64,000 nt of DNA from Eledone cirrhosa (taxonomy: Eukaryota), in NCBI GenBank assembly GCA_964016885.1, contig OZ024754.1, positions 10,726,001 to 10,790,000 of the forward strand, written 5' to 3'. Shown piece after piece: positions 44,844-60,432 of this stretch. Every line of letters begins with the position of its first letter. The stretch's first letter is position 1. The notes beneath the pieces were generated by a model that made no database searches, was not told the origin of the DNA, and saw only the letters and a list, made by a program, of their open reading frames with translations. The position numbers were made by a program, and so were the translations under genes.

Positions 44844-44898
<55 letters not shown>

Positions 44899-44972
44899 AC
44901 ATATATATATATACATATATATATACATATATATATATATACATATATATATACATATATATATTTACATAC

Positions 44973-45012
<40 letters not shown>

Positions 45013-45473
45013 ACATATATATATATACATATATATATATACATATATATATATACATATATATATACATATATATATATACATATATATATATACATAT
45101 ATATATACATATATATATATACATATATAATATACATATATATATATACATATAATATATACATATATTATATATACATATATATATATACATATATATA
45201 CATATATATATATACATATATATATATACATATATATATATACATATATATATATACATATATATATATACATATATATATATACATATATATATATACA
45301 TATATATATATACATATATATATATACATATATATATACATATATATATATACATATATATATATACATATATATGTACACATATATATATACATATATA
45401 TATACATATATATATACATATATATACACATATATATACATATATATATACATATATATACACATATATATAC

Positions 45474-45528
<55 letters not shown>

Positions 45529-45649
45529 CATATATATATACATATATATATACATATATATACATATATATATACATATATATACATATATACATATATA
45601 TATACATATATATACATATAATAATACATATATATACATATATATATAC

Positions 45650-45680
<31 letters not shown>

Positions 45681-46001
45681 CATATATATACATATATATA
45701 TATATACATATATATACATATATATATATATACATATATATACATATATATATATACATATACATATATATACATATATATACATATATATATATACATA
45801 TACATATATATATATACATATATATATATACATATATATATACATATATATATATATACATATATATATACATATATATATATACATATATATATACATA
45901 TATATATACATATATATATACATATATATATATACATACATAATATATATATATATATATCATATATATAATACATATATATATATATATATATATTATA
46001 C

Positions 46002-46082
<81 letters not shown>

Positions 46083-46089
46083 CATATAC

Positions 46090-46228
<139 letters not shown>

Positions 46229-46237
46229 CATATATAC

Positions 46238-46302
<65 letters not shown>

Positions 46303-46319
46303 CATAAATATATATATAC

Positions 46320-46383
<64 letters not shown>

Positions 46384-46412
46384 CATATATATATACATAT
46401 ATATATATATAC

Positions 46413-46458
<46 letters not shown>

Positions 46459-46470
46459 TATATACATATA

Positions 46471-46506
<36 letters not shown>

Positions 46507-46524
46507 CATATATACATATACATA

Positions 46525-46578
<54 letters not shown>

Positions 46579-46627
46579 CATATATATATACATATATATA
46601 TACATATATATATACATATATATATAC

Positions 46628-46696
<69 letters not shown>

Positions 46697-46731
46697 CATA
46701 CATATACATACATATATATACATATATATAC

Positions 46732-46766
<35 letters not shown>

Positions 46767-46781
46767 CATACATATACATAC

Positions 46782-46822
<41 letters not shown>

Positions 46823-46843
46823 CATATACATACATATATAAAC

Positions 46844-46874
<31 letters not shown>

Positions 46875-46997
46875 CATATACATACATATATATACATATA
46901 TATATATACATATATATACATACATATACATACATATATATACATATATATATATATATATACATACATATACATACATATACATACATATATATAC

Positions 46998-47062
<65 letters not shown>

Positions 47063-47063
47063 C

Positions 47064-47094
<31 letters not shown>

Positions 47095-47189
47095 CATATA
47101 TATACATATATATATATATATACATATATATATATTTATACATATATATATATACATATATATACATATATATATATACATATATATAC

Positions 47190-47324
<135 letters not shown>

Positions 47325-47704
47325 CATATACATACATATATATACATATATATATATACATATATATATATATACATATATATACATATATATACATATA
47401 TATACATATATATACATATATATATATACATATATATATATACATATATATATACATATATATACATATATATATACATATATATATACATATATATATA
47501 CATATATATATATACATATATACATATATATATATATACATATATATATATACATATATACATATATATATACATATATATATACATATATATATATACA
47601 TATATACATATATATATATACATATATATATACATATATATATACATATATATACATATATATATACACATATATACATATATACATACATATATATATA
47701 CATA

Positions 47705-47742
<38 letters not shown>

Positions 47743-47809
47743 CATATACACATATATACATACATATATATACATATACACATATATACATACATATATA
47801 TACATATAC

Positions 47810-47840
<31 letters not shown>

Positions 47841-49006
47841 TATATATATAAACATATATATATATACATATTATATATACATATATATATATACATATAT
47901 ATATATACATACATACATATATATATACATACATACATATATACATACATACATATATATATATATACATACATATATATATACATACATACATACATAT
48001 ATACATACATACTACATATATATATACATACATATATATATACATACATATATATATACATACATATATATATACATACATACATACATATATACATACA
48101 TACATATATATATACATACATACATATATATATACATACATATATATATACATACATACATATATATATACATACATATATATATATATACATACATATA
48201 TATATATATACATACATATATACATACATACATATATACATACATACATACATATATATATACATACATATATATATACATACATATATATATACATACA
48301 TACATACATATATATATATACATACATACATATATATATATATACATACATACATATATATATACATACATATATATATATATACATACATACATATATA
48401 TATACATACATACATATATATATACATACATATATATATACATACACACACATATATATATACATACATACACACACATATATATATACATACATACACA
48501 CATATATATATACATACATACACATATATATATATACATACATACACATATATATATACATACATACACACATATATATATATACATACATACACACACA
48601 CATATATATATATACATACATACATATATATATATATACATACATACACACACATATATACATACATACATACACACACATATATATATACATACATACA
48701 CACATATATATATATACATACATACATACACACATATATATACATACATACATACACACATATATATACATACATACATACACATATATATATACATACA
48801 TACACATATATATATATACATACATACACACATATATACATACATACACACACATATATATACATACACACATATATACATACATACATACACACATATA
48901 TATATACATACATACATACATACACACATATATATATATATACATACATACACACACATATATATATATATATACATACATACATACATACATACAGAAA
49001 TATCTA

Positions 49007-49085
49007 CAGGGTGTACCCAAAAAATATATACACACTTCCACTGCTTTCTGATCAAACTGTGTATACATATTTTTGGGACACCCTA
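49007..49085. mobile_element. Tc1/mariner-type palindromic MITE (copy 1)
   Basis: TA|CAGGGTGTACCCAAAAA … TTTTTGGGACACCCTA|TA. Confidence 0.78.
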
Positions 49086-49225
49086 TAAATATACATACAT
49101 ATATGCATCTACACATAAGCACACACATATATATACATATATATACACACACACACACATATATATACATACGCACACACACATATATATATATACATAT
49201 ATATACATACATACAGAAATATCTA

Positions 49226-49304
49226 CAGGGTGTACCCAAAAAATATATACACACTTTCACTGCTTTCTGATCAAACTGTGTATACATATTTTTGGGACAC
49301 CCTA
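49226..49304. mobile_element. Tc1/mariner-type MITE (copy 2, part of a ~219-bp local duplication)
   Basis: Nearly identical to 49007-49085, including the flanks. Confidence 0.78.
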
Positions 49305-49470
49305 TAAATACACATACATATATGCATCTACACATAAGCACACACATATATATACACACACACTTTGATTCATAATTATTTGGATGAGGAAAACCTTAGG
49401 AAACAGGGCATAATATAAATATATCTTTAAAAAATAATTTCTAACTGCATGGTTAAGATTAAGGTTGGAG

Positions 49471-49522
<52 letters not shown>

Positions 49523-49557
49523 CTTGTATTGGCCGATAGTGCTTCTTGTAGCTTTAC

Positions 49558-49600
49558 TTGCCCTGATGAGTCCTTAATAGAACGAAACATTGTTGGCTAA
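49558..49600 (+). ncRNA. Minimal type I hammerhead ribozyme motif (probable Penelope-like element remnant)
   Basis: ttgcc-CTGATGA-gtcc-ttaata-gaac-GAAA-c-att-GTT-ggctaa. The core boxes are intact, stem I is gcc/ggc, stem II has one mismatch, and AATAAA follows. Confidence 0.65.
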
Positions 49601-49783
49601 TAAAGACTTTTGATGTATTGAAGGCTTCTTTGGTTTATTTTTTATAATTCTTCGGCTCTGTTTAATTACATTGAGCTATATCTTATACTGTCATTTCTAT
49701 AATATGAAGAGGGTGTTTAACTCCAACACACTCTAGTATTTTAATTCTTATATTTATATATATATAGATATATATATAGAGAG

Positions 49784-49817
<34 letters not shown>

Positions 49818-50727
49818 ATAGATAAATAAAATGTTTGGAGTAATAGAAAGGTAGGGTGGGGAAGACGGGTTTGAAGAGGCAGGGCGGAATAATAGACCCA
49901 AATAAAGCAGCATGCTCATAGAGAAGATGGTGTTAGTGGTGGCGTGATGGGAACTAGCTTGGATGATGGAAAGATGCCTAGCAAGCTAGCTAGCAATCAA
50001 GGTGTCTGTAGTAGAACAGATGGTGGTGGTGGTGGTGGTGATGATGATCATGGTAAATAGAAACAACTTGGTTGTTGTTTTTTTGCATAAGAGGAACGAG
50101 AACAGTAGATAAAATATCGGGAAGACGTATAGTCGATTGAATTTTTTAATTTGTTATTTTCCAGGGTTTTATATATAACCACTATATTACTGGTACTTAA
50201 AGACGGGGGACACTGTATTGTTGTTTGAAAAGGGTGGTGCAGGCGGTGTTAATAATGGTTAAAGGAGACCAAGGATTAAGGGTTATACCGATAGCCGGTG
50301 TAGTAGGGGGGGGGGGGGCATCTCAGCTGAGGAAGGGTGCAGTGGCGGAGAGTGATTTCTTGGTGCAGATAATATGAGGAGGGAGGTTAAAGATGGCGAT
50401 GGTAGTGAGGGTGTTTGATAGAGGGGTTGGTTGGCTAGAAGGAAGATATGTCTGGAAGATTATTTAGCATCAGTTATTCCAAATAAAGAGAAGCAGTGTA
50501 GTAGAATAGATAGGTGAGATAGAGCTAAGGCTAAACATGTTGGCTCCGAAAATAATAATATGATAACGACTGACTTTCATTTACACATTTTCGGGAGTGT
50601 TCTCCATAATTGTGTACACATTCAGAATACATAATGCATATGCATACACAAATAAATGTATACAAATGTATATATACATACACACACACACACAGACAGA
50701 TGCATATACACACATATAATATATATG

Positions 50728-50770
<43 letters not shown>

Positions 50771-50882
50771 TATAATTTAGAAAAACCAAATTAATGAAAC
50801 AACGCTTTTCTCTTCATTTTTAAGTTAGAAGCAAATAAAGAGAGAAGAGAAGTTGCCCTTTAATCATCTTAGCTATTGTCTA

Positions 50883-52907
<2,025 letters not shown>

Positions 52908-52964
52908 TCGAAGACTAGATAGATCTATATCATCTAGACTGACATTCACACTCTGGGTCGCCAT
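52908..52964 (-). CDS. MAP4K4: MAP4K4/TNIK/MINK1 (misshapen)-family Ste20 kinase, coding exon 1
   Basis: ATG at 52964-52962. The 57 nt encode MATQSVNVSLDDIDLSSLR, matching the SLxDIDLSxLR N-terminus of MAP4K4/msn, and are followed by a GTGAGT donor (phase 0). Confidence 0.93.
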
Positions 52965-53880
52965 GTTGAGGGAAGGAAAAGGTAAAGAAAATAGAAGAAA
53001 CAAGAAGGAAGAAAAAAATAGCAAGCAAGAAGCCTATCGTTTGGTATTTAAAATAATTTCAGTAGAGGTTCGGCGCCGCTTTTACAGAAAACAGCAGGAA
53101 ATATGTTAATTCCTCGTCGATTTTGTTTCGATATTATCCCCGATGCTGCGCCTTGTAAAATTTTGGCCCCCAATTTTCCGCTGTTGTATTTTAATCCTTT
53201 ATGTTATTAACGGTACATTTTTCCCTTTGGTAGGTTCAATCACTGATCATGTACGGTAAAGTACATGAGCTGCACCAGATAATTTAAGAAGAGAAGAATG
53301 GGGGGTGACCAAAAAAAATGCTTTAGGAGAAGAGCATGTCCTTTATTTATACATGTAAATATCACTCTCTAGTGACGAGAGAGAGGTGCATTCTGGGAGC
53401 ATGTCCGGGCGGCGGCTGCTGCAGTGATGATGATGATGATGGTGGTGGTGGTGATGTTGGTGTTGGTGGTGGTGGTGGTGGTGGCTGCAGCAGCGGAAGA
53501 TGGTGGCGGCGGGTGCCAGCAGTGGTGGTGGTGGTGGTGATAGCGGTGGTGGTGGTGGTGGTGGTGGTGGCGGTAGTGGTAGGAGTGGTGGCGGCGGGTG
53601 ATAGCGATGGTGGTGGTGATGGTGGCGGCGGGTAATAGTGGTGGTGGTGGTGGTGGTGGTGGTGGTGGAGGAGGTTTATGAATGGAGGGAGTGTATTATT
53701 AACTACAGGTGGCGGCGGCGACGACGACGACAGAACGGCAGTACTGTTGTTGATTATGGTGATGATGATGATGGTGGTAGTGAAAGCGATGATGTCAGTC
53801 AGGGTGTTGGCAATGATAATGATAATGATGATGATAGTAGCAGTAGTGAGGAGAAGGCGGCGGAGAAAGGGGGGGTAAAC
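52965..53880 (-). promoter_or_regulatory. Probable 5'UTR/promoter of the kinase gene, CpG-retaining with trinucleotide repeats
   Basis: Immediately upstream of the ATG. Many CpGs, and GGT/GAT/GGC runs on the + strand at 53400-53870. The TSS cannot be determined from sequence. Confidence 0.5.
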
Positions 53881-54199
53881 TGACAGTTACAAAGTACTTT
53901 AATTTAATTCAGTTCCCAGTCATTAACATAGATTTTTTTTTATTCTTCAGTTTGTCCGAGACAGTAAAACAAGCCATGCTTGATGTTTGGATATTATTTT
54001 CCTGACGACATTCACTTTGATTTACTTCCTTCTGTGCAGCACCTGTAATATATGGGGAAACAATGCCTTTATTACTGACACTCCAACATGCGTGCTCTTA
54101 TTCCAAACAATCCTTAAAAGGGCCGACTGCTTTAGTAAACAAACCTTTATCATGAAAGGTTTGTTTACAGCTGTCAAGCTGTATATTCCTAAAGATACT

Positions 54200-54610
54200 A
54201 CTAATAATAATATTAATAATTCTTTCTACTTTTGGTACAAGGCCAGCAATTACCCAGTGCATTACTGGTACTTTATTTTATCGACCCCGTAAGGATGAAA
54301 GGCAAAGTTAACCTCGGCGGGATTTGAACTCAGACCGTAAAGGGACGTATAATGATTTCTACTATAGGCAAAAAGCCAACAATTTTGTGGGGAGGAGAAA
54401 GTCGATTAAATAACCCCCAATGTGTTACTGGTACTTTATTTTATCGACCCTGTAAGGATGAAAGGCAAAGCTGACCTCGACGGTGTTTCTACTTTAGGTG
54501 CAAAGCCAACAATTTGAAGGGGAGGGAGAACGTCGATTAAATCAACCCCAGTACATTACTGGTACTTTATTTTATCGACCCTGTAAGGATGAAAGGCAAA
54601 GCTAACCTGA
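54200..54610 (-). mobile_element. Cluster of partial family A SINEs
   Basis: The body motif occurs three times. Confidence 0.75.
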
Positions 54611-54933
54611 GGCCCTTTCCAAATTCTGCAGACTGACCTACCAACCCATATTTCCTCTTCAGACGACTTTGAAATAGTTAAAGTCTGTCTCAAACCGGAA
54701 GGGTCACCAGTGATTATCTTAGTTTCATCGACATTAAACAACTGAGAGTTCAAGACTACCCTCTGGACAAGATTCCAGTCCATCACATTGGTCAACCCCT
54801 TACTACAGCTGGTAATAATTTTCAGCTGGGTGTACTGAAGCAACGTGAAATGAAGTGTTTTGGTCAAGAACAGCCAAGTCCAGGTATCAAACCCACAACA
54901 TTAAGATCATCCGACACCCCTAACTATTAGGTC

Positions 54934-55218
54934 CAGGGCCAGCACCAGACTATCTGGCACCCTAGGCAAGGTTAGATTCGCCCTCCTCCCCCATCCCAGG
55001 AAAATATCAATTTCAAAATTTATAAACAATAAATTTTAAAATACGTTTTTTCAACATATATTTTTCCTTGTATTAAATAAACCAGGATAAAAAACGACAA
55101 TAAATAAAACTGAAATTTATTTATTTTTCAAAATTGTTGTTGATTTGGAGAAATGTGCTCCCGTAAATCAGTGCCCTCAGCGGCTGCCTAGTTTGCCTAT
55201 ATGGTAGCACCAGCCCTT
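54934..55218. mobile_element. hAT-type MITE nested in a SINE head
   Basis: CAGGGC…GCCCTT ends, with an 8-bp TSD ATTAGGTC at 54926-54933 and 55219-55226. Confidence 0.75.
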
Positions 55219-55415
55219 ATTAGGTCACCCGGTTACAATAAATAAAACTGAAATTTATTTATTTTTCAAAATTGTTGTTGATTTGGAGAAATGTGCTCCT
55301 GTAAATCAGTGCCCTCAGCGGCTGCCTAGTTTACCTATATGGTAGCACCAGCCCTTATTAGGTCACCCGGTTACACAATCTACCAGCCTACAATAATTCA
55401 AATGAAATTTTAATT

Positions 55416-55660
55416 CATCATCATCATCATCGTCACCGTTTTACGTCCGTTCTTCCACGCTAGCATGGGTGAGATGGGTTGTCCTGTTGTGGGCAGTGTC
55501 CAGTCGGCTGACCTTGTCTTGCTCATACGGGAACTGATGCTGGTTTGATTTCTACAGCTGGATGCCCTTCCTAAAACCAACCTCATTTACAGTGAGTGCT
55601 GGGTGCTTTTTACCGTGGCACCTACATGTCCACTTTACAGTGAGTGCTAGGTGCTTTTCC
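55416..55660 (-). mobile_element. RTE LINE 3'UTR fragment (same subfamily as 10436-11590)
   Basis: Nearly identical to 10436-10680, including the (GAT)n tail. Confidence 0.85.
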
Positions 55661-56255
55661 TGTAGTAATGCACTGGTCAATTTAATCGACTTGCCCCTCC
55701 CACCAAAATTCTTGGCTTTGTGCCTAAATCAAAAAACATTATTATTTGTCCCTTTCCGGTCTGAGTTCAAATCCTGCCGAGGTTAACTTTGCCTTAATTA
55801 ATCCTTACGGGGTCGATAAAATAAAGTACCAGTAATGCACTGGGTAACTGCTGGCCTTGTGCCAAAAGTAGAAACAATTATTGTTTGGCAGTATTGGTAG
55901 AGAGTTAGACACCATGCTTTGCAGCATAGAGTTATGGCCCTTTGCTTTCTGAGTTCAAATCCCGCCAAGGTTAACTTTGCCTTTAATCCTTACGAGGTCG
56001 ATAAAATAAAGTACCAGTAATGCACTGGGTTATTTCTGGCCTTGTGCCAAAAGTAGAAACAATTATTGTTTGGCAGTATTGGTAGAGAGTTAGACACCAT
56101 GCTTTGCAGCATAGAGTTATGGCCCTTTGCTTTCTGAGTTCAAATCCTGCCAAGGTTAACTTTGCCTTTCATCCTTACGGGGTCAATAAAATAAAGTACC
56201 AGTAATGTACTGAGATAATTGCTGGCCTTGTGCCAAAAGTAGAAATAATTATTAT
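55660..56255 (+). mobile_element. Tandem family A SINE copies on the + strand
   Basis: GAGTTCAAATCC…GGTCGATAAAATAAAGTACCAG occurs three times, and 55760-56136 includes a ~187-bp near-exact tandem duplication. Confidence 0.8.
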
Positions 56256-56400
56256 TTGGGTTACTTACTACTTTAAAAAATTAATTTTTTAAAAGTAAGA
56301 ATCCAATTGAACTATTGAATATATGTGATGAAATTCTTTATAGTTCTATCTATTAAATTCAGTAAAAAGTTATTGGTCAACCCAAGGCTATAGGAGATGG

Positions 56401-56448
56401 TAACCCTCAACCCTAATTCTAACCCTAACCCTAACCCTAACCCTAACC
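56401..56448. repeat. Short interstitial telomeric-type (CCCTAA)n repeat
   Basis: Four perfect CCCTAA copies in tandem plus degenerate flanking copies. Confidence 0.8.
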
Positions 56449-56524
56449 ACACAGTGGAATAGAATCTAAGACCATGTAATAATGGAGCAAATCTTTTAAT
56501 CACATAGCCATACCTGTATCCTTG

Positions 56525-56922
56525 TATATGTGTGGGTGTATGTGTGTGTGTATGAATGTGTGTGCATGCATGTGTGTGTATGTGTGTGTATACATGCATG
56601 TGAGTATGTGAGCATGTGTATGTCTGCATGTGTGTGTATGCCTGCATGTATGTGTGTGTATGCCTGCATGTGTATACATGTGAATGCATACATGTGTATG
56701 CATGTATGTGTGTGTTTGTGTGCATGTGTATGCATATATGGGTGTGTGCATGCATGTGTGTGTGCATGCATGTACAGTGTATGTGTGCATGCATATGTGT
56801 GGTGCATGTATACATACATGTGTGGTGTGTGTGCATGCATAGAGCAGTGTATGTGTACATGCAGATGTGTGATCTGTGTGTGCATGTATATGTCTGCATG
56901 CGTGCATGTGAGTATGTATGTG
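56525..56922. repeat. Degenerate (TG/CATG) alternating purine-pyrimidine tract
   Basis: Directly visible. Confidence 0.9.
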
Positions 56923-57377
56923 TTCTTCCCTCGTCAATCCTTTTATATCTATTTTATACATGATAGCACAAAACAAAATGTTTCCAGTCTGAACACTAAG
57001 GACAATTTCTTTGATATGTCATGTAGTCATGTAGTTTGGCATTTCCTGCCCTAAAAAACAAAAATATTCTCTGACTGACCTGGATTTAACATAAGGACAG
57101 GTTCAGCTGTTAATTTATTTTAATCTGTGCTTTCCACCTGATGACAGAACAAAAAGCAGAACACTCCTTGTGTTCTGATGAATCAAAATTCAGGCAGAAA
57201 TATGTTAGAATTTATCTTGTTAATTTCCCATTCCAAGATAACAGTAGTTAAACATTTGGCATCAGTTCTGAGTTACTTTTTTTACCTACACATTTTAAAC
57301 ATTTTATTTACTAGTAACCCTTTTGATCTCAAACCACCTGTAACCTTCCCTAGTTCTATGATAGAAAACACTGTTTA

Positions 57378-58177
57378 TCATCATCATCATCATCGTTTAA
57401 CATCTATCATCCACGCTAGCATGGGTTAGACGGGAATTGTCCCACTTGAGGCAAGACTGGTCGAGTGACCGTGTCTCACTCGTATAGGAATGTATCTGGC
57501 AGATTTTCTATGGCAGGATGCCCTTCCTAACACCAACCACGTTTACAGTGTGGGCTGGGAGGTTTTTATGGCCACATTACAGCGTGGACTGTGTGTTTTT
57601 TTGTTGTGACACCTACACGACCTCATTTATTTTGGATTGGATGTTGTTGTACCAACATAACTTTACAGAGAGAGTGTAGTGTTGGTGGGAGTAGGGGGTG
57701 GAGTATGGGCAGTGGGATGGGGGTGTATATTTGGTTAAGAGGTGCCTACTGACTGTAGGTTTGGCTATGTACATAGGCAAGGCGGGTCTTCTGTATTACT
57801 GTGTAGCGCCAAAGGTCTTGATCCAGTGACATTGTCTTAGAGAGGTATAAGTGTGCAAGATCAGATTTTATCATGTCATCCCAGGTTTTTCTGGGTCCAC
57901 CTACTCCGTAACTTCCATCAATTTTGATAGCCATGCACTTTTTTATACAGTTGTTGTCTTTCATGCGCATCACATGACCATACCAACGTAATCTCCTCTC
58001 GAGTAAACAGCATCTGATCCCTCTTATTCCTAATTTCTCACTTAGTTTGTTTATGTTTTGCCATACAAGTATGTTACTATTACACATCCAACGGAGCATG
58101 CATACTTCATTCCTTTCTAATCTGCACAGGTCCTCTGCACAGAATGCCCATGTCTCACTGCCATGTAACATTGCTGT
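57378..58177 (-). mobile_element. 5'-truncated RTE-clade LINE
   Basis: (GAT)n tail. ORF 57746-58171 (MLHGSETW…RRLRWYGHVMR) is homologous to the 10737-11186 ORF. Confidence 0.9.
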
Positions 58178-59559
58178 ATCTAAAAACTCTTCATCATAAT
58201 TTTATATAGGAGCCTTTGTTAAGTTATGCTCCAAACATTAGCTTCTTTTGATCTGAAACCACCTGTAACCTTCCCTAGTTCTATGATAGAAAACACTGTT
58301 TATATTTATCTAAAAACTTTTCATCATAATTTTATGAAAGAACTTTTGTTGAATTATGTTCCAGACACTAGCTTAATAATAGATAAGTTAGTTATGATTG
58401 TAATTCCAATATCCTTACCATAGAGCAATATTTCTCTACTGTAGGCAGATACATTTTCTTTCAAACACTATTGAAACGAGTATGGTCTCTATTTATTTAT
58501 TTATTTATTTATTTATTTATTTTGTTGAGTAAACTGAGGCAAGTCGCTGTTGGTCTTTGCATCAGTAGTCAAAGAGTAGAAACTTTAACAGCAAAGACAC
58601 CATACCTGCTGAGGTGTTGTTAGTGCTTAAATAATTGATTTGTATTTAGAATGACATTTGATTGAGACTGACATTTGAAAAGACCCATAATTATTGGTTA
58701 AAATATTAACAAGATAATTCTTTCTAGAATAGGTATAAGGCCAGCAATTTGGGAAAGGGGGAAGTTGATTATATCAGTCCCAGCATGTAACTGGTATTTC
58801 ATTTTATCAACCCCAGAAGGATGAAAGGTAAAATTAACTTCAGCAAAATTTGAACTCAGAAAACAGAAAGTCTAAAGTCTGTCTCAAGACTGGTGCCTAT
58901 CTTGGTTTCCATGGCATGAAGTGACACAGACTATGTACCAAGGACTATGTTGAAAGATAAACCTCATTTGGTCATTCAATGAGAGTATCTTGGTCAGAAT
59001 ATGAACTTTTTAGTCGACCCTTGTATGCTTGTAAGTATTGGTGGAATATTGTCAAGTAAAAGGAAAACCTTCAGTAAGAAAGACTACAACCTGGTTTCAA
59101 TTCTTAGTTGACATACATTTCCAATGCTATTGAAAAGGGCATGAACTTTCCGGTATCTCTGAAACAAAACCAACAATTAGACAATAATTGAACAGCAGAC
59201 ACATCTGAGTTAGTAGAACACCAAACTGGTAGCTTATTCTATCTAGTTTGTTACCATACTGATATAAGTTCAAATCTAAACAGCAGTATCAAAACGATGT
59301 CCACCATTGATACACTGAAGTTGATTCAATTAGCTATCTGATCTACTAATAAAGGTTGGCCTTGAGCCAAGTAATAAGAAATCAATAATTAGATAATTAT
59401 CAATAACAATATGGAAGAAAACTCATCAGTAAACCAATTGCTCTGCTAATTCAGAAGCAAATGTATAAATTTACAGAGCATACAAACCATAGAACAATGA
59501 GTTCAAAACACTTTACAAAACAAAAAGGTAATTATTATTGTATGTATGGTTCCGTAACT

Positions 59560-59881
59560 CCAGATAGAGTCGTAGGAGTGCCATATTGACATATGGTGTT
59601 TCTTGGACATTTTTAAAACCTGGCAGAGCCCATCTTAATCACCAGGCCTGAGTACAGCAGATTTCTTCCAGAGAAAGATAGAAAGTGAGAGAGAGGAAAT
59701 GAGAAAGAGATATAGAGGAAAAATTGACCCCAGTACTCGACTGGTACTTTTTTTATCAACCTCAAAAGGATGAAAGGCAAAGTTGACCTCAGCGGTATTT
59801 GAACTCAGAGTGCAGAGAGCTAGAATGAATACCATAAAGCATTCTATCCAACATTCTAACGACTCTGCCAATTCACCACCT
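59560..59881 (-). mobile_element. Family A-related SINE with a distinct 3' part (also at about 23280-23560, 24345-24610 and 25010-25300 on +)
   Basis: Shared tRNA head and body, plus a CTGGAAGAAATC…ATGGGCTCTGCCAGGT tail. Confidence 0.72.
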
Positions 59882-60108
59882 ATAATTATTATTACTTCTT
59901 TGCTAAAATGCTTTAATGATTGATTTTATATTGATTATTTTTGTTTTCAAACTGTTATCTCTGTGCAAACGTATGAGGGGTGGTAGAATGTACCACGCTT
60001 TCACTAAGGACTTTAGATACTCATGCAGGCACAAGCACCCTCTCAATTTAGGGGAGGGATACTTTATTTTACACACAGACAAACACAAATACAGACTCAC
60101 AAACACAC

Positions 60109-60150
<42 letters not shown>

Positions 60151-60432
60151 TCACACACACACATTCACACACACACATTATTTTCCAGTTGAGTGAACTG
60201 CAACAACATGAAATAAAGTATCTTGCTCAAGGACACCACCCACCAACCAGTCTAGGAACTGAATTCACAACCTCACGATTTTTAGCCCCGAATTTCTAAC
60301 CACTATGTCATATGCCTTTAATGAATTTCTACTAAAAAGACATAAGCAGACCTGCCAATCTCTAAAAACCCACACGGGGAGTACCATGAAAAAAAATGCC
60401 CCAAAACAGGGAGGAATGGGGTGAAATGGGGA

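Noticed and set aside
53336-53883. Gly/Val/Asp homopolymer ORFs on the + strand
   Set aside because: Trinucleotide-repeat translations with no recognisable domain.
57170-57215. CTGATGA…GAAA as a second hammerhead (also CTGATGAG at 61873)
   Set aside because: No convincing stem I or stem II pairing around the core boxes.
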